Shown in pieces: positions 56,616 through 64,000 of a DNA stretch of 64,000 bases. The DNA lies in the NCBI GenBank assembly GCA_965279375.1, contig OZ257156.1, positions 5,152,001 to 5,216,000 of the forward strand, given 5' to 3'. Within the stretch, counting starts at the first letter, position 1, and each line of letters starts with the position of its first letter. The DNA comes from Gemmatimonas sp. Its GTDB lineage: Bacteria > Gemmatimonadota > Gemmatimonadetes > Gemmatimonadales > Gemmatimonadaceae. Under the pieces are notes generated by a model. That model was not told where the DNA came from. It searched no databases and saw nothing but the letters and a program-made list of their open reading frames with translations. Both the position numbers and the translations under genes were made by a program.

Positions 56616-59123
56616 TCAGTTCACGACAAAGGTCTGTCGAATGGTCATGCGTGCCGCCTTTGCGGCGGGCCAGAGACTCACAACGATGGCGCCGCTGGAC
56701 ACGACGATGAGCCAGAGTGCCGTGGCAAAGGGCGACAGCTGCAGCACCAACTCCTGCGCGGCGACAGAAGCGATCACCCCGCCGACGACGGCTGATAGTG
56801 GAATGGCGCTCGCGATGGCGACGCCCGCACTCAGCCCCGCGACAAGTAGCCCTTCGATCACGATCATGCGCCGAATCGATGAGCCGGTCGCGCCGATGGC
56901 GCGCATCACCCCCAGCTCCCGCGTGCGCTCGATGACGGAGACACCAAGCGATGATGAGAGACCAAGCAGTCCCACGACCGTCATGATCAGCGCGATCAGC
57001 ACCAGCGCAACGATGAGGATGTACACGTGGCCACCCTGCGCGACCGAGAAGCGTGACTCCGTAACCACCGACGACACCTCAAGGCCGGCTCGCTCGAGGG
57101 CGGCGAGAATCTCACGCGTGGATGCCTCGTCGGTAGCGGCGCTGCGCGCTGCATCGGCAAAGCGAACGCGCACAGCGTTCGTCGATGCCTGGGGTGTGGA
57201 CGCCTGACGCGTTGACGCCTGACGTTGCGTGACGCGCGCGAATGCAGCGGGATGCGCGTATACCGCGCCCGGTGTCAGCAGCTCCTTGGTGATGCCAACG
57301 ATGCGTAACGCGACTGCGCGCTCATCCACCTGCAGTTCGACGACGTCGCCAACGCGCCTCCCGTAGAACGGTCCCTTCGCGGCGACGGAGTTGATGACGG
57401 CTCCCGTAGCGCCGGCGACGGTGTCGGCATCGGTCAGCCATCGCCCGCTCAGCATCTCATGGCGAATGAGACGCGTATCCACTGGAGCGCCGCGCAGTGC
57501 AAAGCCTCCATGCGCACCGTCAGGGTATGCGTGTGACAGCGCAATGCGCTGCGTATCGGCCACTGTCGCGCGTGCTTTTCCCCAGGACTCCACTCGCGCG
57601 ACGGCTGGCAGCGCGGCGAGCATTGTAGCTACCGTATCCGCCGAGACGTCGTGCGCGAAGCCCAGCTCGAGATCGTAGGAACGGCCGCGGGCAGAAGCAT
57701 CGACCGTGCCTTCCCACGCCGCGCGCAGATTGAGGCTCGTGATGCACATCGCGCCCGCGCCCGCGAGCGGCACGATGGTCAGCACGAGACGCCCGCGCCG
57801 ACGCACTGCGTTGCGAAACGCCAGCACCACTGCCGGTGACGTGAACGGCAGCCGACGAACCACGCGATCGAGAACGCTCTGCGCCGACGTGCTGGTCATC
57901 GTTCCACCAGCATCCAGCGCCTGACGCACGGTGCGGCGCGCGCCGACGATGATTGGAACCAGCGCGGTCAGCACCGGCAGGGCGATACCAACCGCGAGCG
58001 TACCGGCGTATGTCCACCACGGCAGTGAATTCGACGCGATACGCAGATTGAGCAGCTGCGCGGTCACGCTCACGAACTCGCGCCCCATCAGCAATCCGGC
58101 CGGCAGACCAAGCAACAGCGCGGCGCAGGACAACGCGGCAACCAGTGTCACGTACATCGTGGTGATCTGCCGTGACGTGGCACCAATGGTTTTCATGATG
58201 GCGATCTGTCGAAGCTGCTGCGCCAGCAGTCCGCCGATGATCGTGGCGGTCAGCAGCGCGCCCAGCGCGAGTGCGAGCATGCTGAACAGCAGCAGCATCT
58301 CGATGACGGCGTTCATCTGTCCTTGATGCGGATGTCGCCGCGGCGGTGGAACGCGCAGCTCGTGCACTTCCACTCCGGCCTCTGACAGCATGGCGACGAC
58401 GCCGCGCGCCGAACGCTCGATCGCGGCCGCATCGTTGGCGCTGTCGCGCACGACCAGCTTGACGATGTCGAGCGGAACGTCGACGCCGAGCGTGGCCAGT
58501 GTGGTCCGTTCGACGTAGCCGTAAACGGTTTGCTCCTGCCATGCGGGGGCGACTGCGGGATCGTGTACGGTGCCAGCCATCGGCACCGTGCGACGTCCCA
58601 CGCCGCCAATGTCCACCGTGACCGACGCGCCGATGGACTTTCCGGTGAGGTCGAGCGCGCTCCGCTCGATGAGCATTCCGCCAACCGGCGCGGGCCACGC
58701 GCCCGCCTCCGGCGAAACCGTGCTGATGGAATCGGCGTCGAAGCGCTCCACCACGAACAGTCGCATGGGCACCCACGTACCGTTCGCGGCTTGCAGCCGC
58801 CCACCAACCGCCGCGGCGCGCGTCGCCATGCGCACGTTCGGGAACCTGCGCACGCGTTGCAGCAGCGAGTCGTTCAGCTCTGTGGAAACCTCGAGCTGTG
58901 CCGACGCAGGATTGGTTTGCTGGTAGTTGCGCGGTACTTCACGCGTCAACACCTGATACGTGCTGAGCATGGTGACGACACCGGCGATACTCGCCGCGAG
59001 CGCAGCGACGATCATGACGAAACGCCCGGGCGCGTCTTGCACATCGCGCAGCAGCTTGATCCACGGCGTGGTCAACCGGGTCGTGAATCGTGTTGTGAAT
59101 CGTGTCGCAAGCGGTGTGGGCAT
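56616..59123 (-). CDS. FtsX/MacB-like ABC transporter permease with duplicated architecture
   Basis: QLRQIAIMKTIGAT and ERTRELGVMRAIGAT FtsX motifs; two extracytoplasmic domains. Confidence 0.92.
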   Translation of the reverse strand: MPTPLATRFTTRFTTRLTTPWIKLLRDVQDAPGRFVMIVAALAASIAGVVTMLSTYQVLTREVPRNYQQTNPASAQLEVSTELNDSLLQRVRRFPNVRMATRAAAVGGRLQAANGTWVPMRLFVVERFDADSISTVSPEAGAWPAPVGGMLIERSALDLTGKSIGASVTVDIGGVGRRTVPMAGTVHDPAVAPAWQEQTVYGYVERTTLATLGVDVPLDIVKLVVRDSANDAAAIERSARGVVAMLSEAGVEVHELRVPPPRRHPHQGQMNAVIEMLLLFSMLALALGALLTATIIGGLLAQQLRQIAIMKTIGATSRQITTMYVTLVAALSCAALLLGLPAGLLMGREFVSVTAQLLNLRIASNSLPWWTYAGTLAVGIALPVLTALVPIIVGARRTVRQALDAGGTMTSTSAQSVLDRVVRRLPFTSPAVVLAFRNAVRRRGRLVLTIVPLAGAGAMCITSLNLRAAWEGTVDASARGRSYDLELGFAHDVSADTVATMLAALPAVARVESWGKARATVADTQRIALSHAYPDGAHGGFALRGAPVDTRLIRHEMLSGRWLTDADTVAGATGAVINSVAAKGPFYGRRVGDVVELQVDERAVALRIVGITKELLTPGAVYAHPAAFARVTQRQASTRQASTPQASTNAVRVRFADAARSAATDEASTREILAALERAGLEVSSVVTESRFSVAQGGHVYILIVALVLIALIMTVVGLLGLSSSLGVSVIERTRELGVMRAIGATGSSIRRMIVIEGLLVAGLSAGVAIASAIPLSAVVGGVIASVAAQELVLQLSPFATALWLIVVSSGAIVVSLWPAAKAARMTIRQTFVVN
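57181..57225. repeat. Three imperfect 15-bp in-frame tandem repeats (QASTR/QASTP/QAST) in the permease
   Basis: gtcgatgcctggggt gtggacgcctgacgc gttgacgcctgacgt. Confidence 0.6.
59068..59103. repeat. Three imperfect 12-bp in-frame tandem repeats (RFTT/RFTT/RLTT) at the permease N-terminus
   Basis: gtggtcaaccgg gtcgtgaatcgt gttgtgaatcgt. Confidence 0.6.
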
Positions 59124-59128
59124 CGGTG

Positions 59129-59911
59129 CTACCGTGCCGCGAGCAGGGACGCGCCGGTATCCGATGCGAGCGTTGACCCAGTGTCGCTTTGCACCACACC
59201 ATCACGCAGAAGAATCGTGCGCGAGAAGTACTCCTGCAGCTCCGACTCGTGCGTCACGGTGACGACGGTCTTGCCCTCAGCAGCGAGCGCCGCCAGCAGT
59301 TGCATTACATCCCGCGACGTGGCCGAGTCGAGATTGCCGGTGGGCTCGTCGGCCACAAGCAACGGCGGATTGTTGGCCAGCGCGCGCGCGATGGCGGCAC
59401 GCTGCTGCTGTCCACCCGAGAGATCGGCCGGCAGCTTGTCTGCCTGATCGCGGATACCCAGCCGATCGAGGAGCTGCAGTGCGCGCTCACGCCGTTCACT
59501 GCGCGCATGCACATCGCAAAAGTCCATCGGCAACAACACGTTCTCCACCACGGTCAACGTCGGCAACAGTTGGAAGAACTGGAAGACGATACCGACCTGA
59601 CGGCCGCGCCATACCGCCAGTTCCTCCTGCGACATTCCGTGGATCGCGCGCCCGCCCACGTGCAGCGAGCCACTTGTTGGCGAGTCGATGCCTGTGAGCA
59701 CGTTGATCAACGTCGTCTTGCCACTCCCCGACTTGCCCACCACCGCGACGCATTCCCCCTCGGCGATGGTGAGTGAGACGTCGCGCAACGCCGTGAAGTG
59801 CGTGGCGCCGGAGTGATAGTCCTTCGAGACCTTGTCGAGCGAGATGAGCGACCCTGCGAGGCCATTGGACGCGACCGCGTCCCTCCGGGATGCTGGCGTT
59901 GTGCGTGTCAT
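59129..59911 (-). CDS. ABC transporter ATP-binding protein (LolD/MacB-like)
   Basis: GKSGSGKT, FQFFQLL, LSGGQQQR, VADEPTGNLD, VTHE. Confidence 0.95.
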   Translation of the reverse strand: MTRTTPASRRDAVASNGLAGSLISLDKVSKDYHSGATHFTALRDVSLTIAEGECVAVVGKSGSGKTTLINVLTGIDSPTSGSLHVGGRAIHGMSQEELAVWRGRQVGIVFQFFQLLPTLTVVENVLLPMDFCDVHARSERRERALQLLDRLGIRDQADKLPADLSGGQQQRAAIARALANNPPLLVADEPTGNLDSATSRDVMQLLAALAAEGKTVVTVTHESELQEYFSRTILLRDGVVQSDTGSTLASDTGASLLAAR

Positions 59912-59945
59912 GTCCCGAACGTACTGTGAGCCGCTCTGGGGGTCT

Positions 59946-59997
59946 AAACAGTCCACCCCGATGTGTTCATTTGCGAACAATCTCCGCGCTTTTGTTC
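59946..59997. promoter_or_regulatory. Two tandem RAACA-N13-TGTTC inverted repeats, candidate TetR operators
   Basis: AAACA-13nt-TGTTC (59946-59968) and GAACA-13nt-TGTTC (59975-59997) in the divergent ABC/tetR spacer. Confidence 0.6.
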
Positions 59998-60007
59998 AGG
60001 ATCTGGT

Positions 60008-60586
60008 GTGCCCACCGAGATCAAGTCGCCCGATCGACGAGTCCAACGCACGCGTGATCTGCTGCTCGACGCGCTGGCGAGGCTGCTGATGGAGCGCGGC
60101 TACGAGCAGATCACCATCCAGCACATCCTCGATCGTGCCGGCGTGGGGCGGGCTACGTTCTACACGCACTTCGACAGCAAGCTCGATCTCTTGGTGTGCA
60201 GCATCGGTCGACTGCGCGACATGCTCGCCGCGCATGCACGCGATCTTCCCGGCACTCGTCTCGGCTTCTCTCTCGCGTATTTCGAACATATCCACTCGCA
60301 CCGGGCGATCTATCTCCACACGGTGAGTCGCGACGATGAGATAACGGTCGAGCGCGAGTTCCGTCGCATGCTACGCGAACTGGTGCAGCGCGATCTGTCC
60401 ACGCGGCGCACGCTCACAGATGTTGAGACGCTCGCGGTCGAATTCGTCGTGAGTGCGATCTGGTCCACGACCGTGTGGTGGATCGACAGCGGCTCCACAC
60501 TGACTCCGTTGCAGATCAACGCCTACTTCGAGCAGCTCGTTTTTCCGGGTCTCAACGGCATTCTCAAGGGGACGCACTTTACCTGA
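60008..60586 (+). CDS. TetR/AcrR-family transcriptional regulator
   Basis: DRRVQRTRDLL...GYEQITIQHILDRAGVGRATFYTHF..K. Start placed at GTG ~60008; the track ORF starts at 59963. Confidence 0.92.
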   Translation: MPTEIKSPDRRVQRTRDLLLDALARLLMERGYEQITIQHILDRAGVGRATFYTHFDSKLDLLVCSIGRLRDMLAAHARDLPGTRLGFSLAYFEHIHSHRAIYLHTVSRDDEITVEREFRRMLRELVQRDLSTRRTLTDVETLAVEFVVSAIWSTTVWWIDSGSTLTPLQINAYFEQLVFPGLNGILKGTHFT

Positions 60587-60686
60587 CGATTCGGACGGCG
60601 TGCAACGGCACAACGTCTAGTGGCAATGCACGCGATGGTTGTACGCCAGCGGATCCATACGCGACCCATCGATCGCGTCGGCGCGG

Positions 60687-63398
60687 TCAGAAGCTGGTGC
60701 GCAGTCCGAAGGAGAGCGTGCGGCCTGCAGTGACGGTCGCGTTGTCGGGCGCGCCACGCTGCACGTTGAGCAGGTTGTCGCCACTCAGTTGCAGGGTGAT
60801 CTCCCGAACCAGGCGATAGTTCAGATTGGCGCGCACGCGCGTCACCCCGCCATAGCGCACCCAGAAGTCGCGCAGCCTCGCTCCGCTGATCTCGCGCTCG
60901 CGCTCCTGATCGACCAGCGCGCGCCCGATCGCCAGCCGATCGTACCCGATCCAGTCCGCAGCGCGCGACACGGTGGACCCAGCAGACCACCGCGACGCAT
61001 TCCATGTGGCGCTGAGACTCGTGGTGCGCGCCGGGACGTCGAGCATCCGGTCGCCAACGCGCAGGTCGCCGCGATATCCGTACGCCACCTGATCCACGCG
61101 GCTGTCCACCGTCGAGAAGGTGCCGGCCAACGAGAGCTGGTTGAGCTGCTTGCTCGCCTGAAATTCCCAACCGCGATTGGTGATGGCGCCGACGTTCTCG
61201 AGTAGATACGACATCGAACGCACGTAGCGACCGCCGGGAAGCTGCATGGACGTCGTGACGGCAACGGGCTGAATCAACCCCGACGCGCGCTGATCGAAGC
61301 GTGTGACGTGCAGCTGCCACGAGCGACCGAGCAACAGATCGAGTCCCGTCTCTACACCCGACTGCGACTCGGGCTGCAACGAGCTCGACGCCTGTACCGC
61401 CGTGCGGCCCATCCAGCTGGTGCCACGCGTCAAGCTCTGCACCGGGCGAATGCCCGTACCGTACGCCACACGTCCCTTCACTACCGCACTGCCCACGTCG
61501 CGCACGTGCGAGACGCCGAGCATGGGCAACACCTCCACCTGCGCTTGTGGCGTGATGCCGGTGCTGCGTTCCACGCGTCCGCCCGCGACCACGAACCAGC
61601 TGTCGTTGTACGACAGATTTGCCTGCGCGAGCACGCCACCGTTCTGCGCCCATGTGGTCCGCAACGACGTCGTCGCGATCGTCGCGGCCGGAACCGGTGG
61701 ACTGAACGCGGTTGCGTTGCTGCGCGTGAGCACGGGTTGCCCAGCTTCATCCTGAACCTGCCGCAACACCGCCTGCTCAGCCGCGAAGGTGAGATTGAGC
61801 GAGGTGCGCTCGGCGAGATCGAACCGTCCGACGGTGCGCAGTCGCAACGTGGAGCGATCGGCAGCGCCCTGCGCATCGGTCAGTGAGGACGCGCTGATGT
61901 TGGGCGTGGGCAGGCCGCCGCTCGTGAGTCCGCGCAACCGATATCCGTCCACGCCAGCGATGATGGTGTTGGTCCATCGCATCGACGGCATGAACGTCGC
62001 TGTGCCACCCACGGTGTACTGCGAGACTTCCTGTCCGCCTGTGCTGTCGCCGGAGAACGGCATCGTGTCGCGCGGCGCCGGATACGGCGAAGCGCCGCGC
62101 CCAGAATCTGGCGGCGCCATCGAGCTGGCCGCGCGCGCGAGCAATTTGTAGTCGGTGGCCTGCGAGTTCTTCACGCCGTCGAACGATGGCGTCAGTCCAC
62201 CCAACACGAGGTTGCTGCTCGCATTGGCACGCTGCATCGAGAACCGCGCCGTGCCGGTGAGCACGCTGCGCGAACGCACCACGCGCAGGTCGGCATCGCC
62301 AAGCACACGCTGCTCCGACGCACCGGGCACGTACGCACCCACCGTGCCGAGGTTGAGCCCGAGTCCGAACGTGCGCTTGCCCGAACCGCCACGCAACGAG
62401 AGGGTGTGCTCCTGCACGAACGCATCGCGCGGCGCGTACGATGTCGCCGACATGCCTGCGCTCGTGGAGAGCTGCAGTTGCATCGTGCCGGCCGGCGTGC
62501 CGTCATGCCGCGTGAGAATGTTCACCACGCCGCTGATGGCATCGGCGCCGTACAGCGCGGCGCCCTGCGGCCCACGAATCACTTCCACGCGATCCACGCG
62601 CGCTGGATCGATTTGCGTGACGAGCAACGGGTTCGCCACCTCGATGCCGTCCAGATAGATCTTGGGCGCGCTCACACCAAACGAGCTCGCGCCGCGAATG
62701 CTGCCGTAGCGTGCCGACACCGAGCCCGCGGACGTGCTCCAGCTCCAGAGACCGGGCACCGCCATGTCGAGCGCTTCGGCCAGTGACGACGTGTGCTGCT
62801 TGGCCAGCGTCGCCCCTTCGATGACATCGAGCGCAAAGGGCGATCCGCGCTGCGACGCGCCATCGGGCGTGCCCGTGACCACCACGCGATCGAGCACACT
62901 GGCCCGACGCGCTGTGATACCGACATCGAGCGAGTTGCCGGTGCGCGACGGCGCCAGAATGACCTGCGAGGTGCCGATCACGATGGGTCTGAGCGTCGTG
63001 CCCGCGAGCAGCGTTTCCAGCACGGCACCAATGGCCACGCGCTCGAGCGACACGCACACTTTGCGGTCACGCGGCAGCAGCTCCGCGCTGTACGACAGCT
63101 CCACCTGCGCGCTGCCCGCGACCTTGTCCAGCACATCGCGCAGGATCGCGTCGGACTGCCGCACGGTCACGATGCGATCAAGCGGCGCCGCCCACGACGA
63201 ATTCCGATCGGCCGTGCTGATGCGTGACACACACGAGGCTTCGGCGGTGGCGACCGCCTCACGGGCCCGCACGCGCGTCGGTGCGGCCTCCAGCAGTTGC
63301 GCGTGCAGCAGTTGCGGACACACGAACGCCGCGGACGCGATCAGTCGCGCGATCGCCCCCGCGACGAACTGTCGCTGTCCTGCACCGTGTGCCCGCAT
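60687..63398 (-). CDS. TonB-dependent receptor with an N-terminal signalling (STN-like) extension
   Basis: LRDVLDKVA...LSYSAELL...VLETLLAGT extension, DRVVVTG, RVEVIRGPQGAALYGADAISGVVNI plug, terminal RTSF. Confidence 0.88.
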   Translation of the reverse strand: MRAHGAGQRQFVAGAIARLIASAAFVCPQLLHAQLLEAAPTRVRAREAVATAEASCVSRISTADRNSSWAAPLDRIVTVRQSDAILRDVLDKVAGSAQVELSYSAELLPRDRKVCVSLERVAIGAVLETLLAGTTLRPIVIGTSQVILAPSRTGNSLDVGITARRASVLDRVVVTGTPDGASQRGSPFALDVIEGATLAKQHTSSLAEALDMAVPGLWSWSTSAGSVSARYGSIRGASSFGVSAPKIYLDGIEVANPLLVTQIDPARVDRVEVIRGPQGAALYGADAISGVVNILTRHDGTPAGTMQLQLSTSAGMSATSYAPRDAFVQEHTLSLRGGSGKRTFGLGLNLGTVGAYVPGASEQRVLGDADLRVVRSRSVLTGTARFSMQRANASSNLVLGGLTPSFDGVKNSQATDYKLLARAASSMAPPDSGRGASPYPAPRDTMPFSGDSTGGQEVSQYTVGGTATFMPSMRWTNTIIAGVDGYRLRGLTSGGLPTPNISASSLTDAQGAADRSTLRLRTVGRFDLAERTSLNLTFAAEQAVLRQVQDEAGQPVLTRSNATAFSPPVPAATIATTSLRTTWAQNGGVLAQANLSYNDSWFVVAGGRVERSTGITPQAQVEVLPMLGVSHVRDVGSAVVKGRVAYGTGIRPVQSLTRGTSWMGRTAVQASSSLQPESQSGVETGLDLLLGRSWQLHVTRFDQRASGLIQPVAVTTSMQLPGGRYVRSMSYLLENVGAITNRGWEFQASKQLNQLSLAGTFSTVDSRVDQVAYGYRGDLRVGDRMLDVPARTTSLSATWNASRWSAGSTVSRAADWIGYDRLAIGRALVDQEREREISGARLRDFWVRYGGVTRVRANLNYRLVREITLQLSGDNLLNVQRGAPDNATVTAGRTLSFGLRTSF

Positions 63399-63403
63399 GC
63401 GCC

Positions 63404-64000
63404 TCAGGGTGTCGTGCTTCGTCCCGTCATCTGCAAAGTGACCGTATCGCCGCGCTGCACTGCGTCCGCGCCGAGGATCAGCGCGATGGCATTGATCACC
63501 GTGGTCACCGAGTCCGACGGGAGCGACGCGGTGAGCGTGCGCTGCGGCAGCTCGGCGCCTTCCAACTTGAGCTCGATGCCATACCAGCGACGCAGATCTG
63601 CCTGCACCTCGGTCATCGGCGTGTCCCGGTACGACAACTTGCCATGCGTCCAGGAAACATCGTCTTCCGTCACGATACCGCGCGCGACCTCGACACGTTC
63701 CCCTCGCACGACGCCGCGGTCGCCCGCGCGCAACTCAACCGGCGCCTGCTTCCCCGACTTGGTCTCGGTCAGCGCCACGATGCCGTGCGTCACGGCGACG
63801 GACACGCCACCGTCGTCCGCCCGAACCGAGAACGCCGTGCCGATGTCGCGAATCTCGGCGCCACGTGCGAGTACCGTGAACGGATGCGCGCCGTCGTGCT
63901 TCACATCAAAGAAGGCCTCGCCTTCGAGCGTGATCGTACGCGACTCGACACCAAAACCCGCAGCCACCGTGAGCTTGCTGCCCGGGGCCAGAATCACACG
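63404..64000 (-). CDS. FecR-family anti-sigma factor, C-terminal part (starts beyond the window's right edge)
   Basis: LAPGSKL, LEGEAFFDVKHD..HPF, DIGTAFSV, SWTHGKLSY...DLRRWYG. Confidence 0.92.
   Translation of the reverse strand, partial: RVILAPGSKLTVAAGFGVESRTITLEGEAFFDVKHDGAHPFTVLARGAEIRDIGTAFSVRADDGGVSVAVTHGIVALTETKSGKQAPVELRAGDRGVVRGERVEVARGIVTEDDVSWTHGKLSYRDTPMTEVQADLRRWYGIELKLEGAELPQRTLTASLPSDSVTTVINAIALILGADAVQRGDTVTLQMTGRSTTP

Noticed and set aside
1..64000. tRNA, rRNA, IS elements, integrase or prophage
   Set aside because: None recognised by eye; tRNAscan-SE, Infernal and ISEScan would be needed to exclude them formally.

Overview
GC-rich bacterial chromosomal window with about 55 genes. 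Gene content (SusC/SusD pair, stand-alone TonB-plug lipoprotein, membrane Ser/Thr kinase, several hybrid kinases) suggests Gemmatimonadota; this is an inference. No rRNA, tRNA, CRISPR, transposase or prophage was seen. Left to right: a partial SusC-like receptor; a PAS hybrid kinase; an AraC regulator with a divergent serine hydrolase; an arsenic module (arsR, a Cys-rich 65-aa ORF, arsM, DinB) with two ATCAA-N6-TTGAT boxes; arginase and ornithine aminotransferase with an Lrp regulator; a multi-sensor kinase / REC-GGDEF-EAL / HDOD operon; a Cache kinase, VIT1, a cold-shock gene with a long structured leader, Rrf2 and a Ser/Thr kinase; a HerA-like ATPase and assorted membrane or secreted proteins; then an ~18.6 kb locus (34.8-53.4 kb); finally an alpha/beta hydrolase, a TetR-linked FtsX-type ABC system with a 38-aa peptide, and a FecR/TonB receptor pair. 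The strongest candidate for an undescribed system sits in the 34.8-53.4 kb locus: a translationally coupled three-gene cassette encoding a glutaminase-less asparagine-synthetase-like ligase, a RaSEA/TIGR01210-like radical SAM enzyme and a PrnC-like flavoprotein with an altered WxWxIP motif, flanked by two FG-GAP/ASPIC-UnbV lipoproteins and SusCD. All family calls come from motif recognition by eye; no database searches were run.
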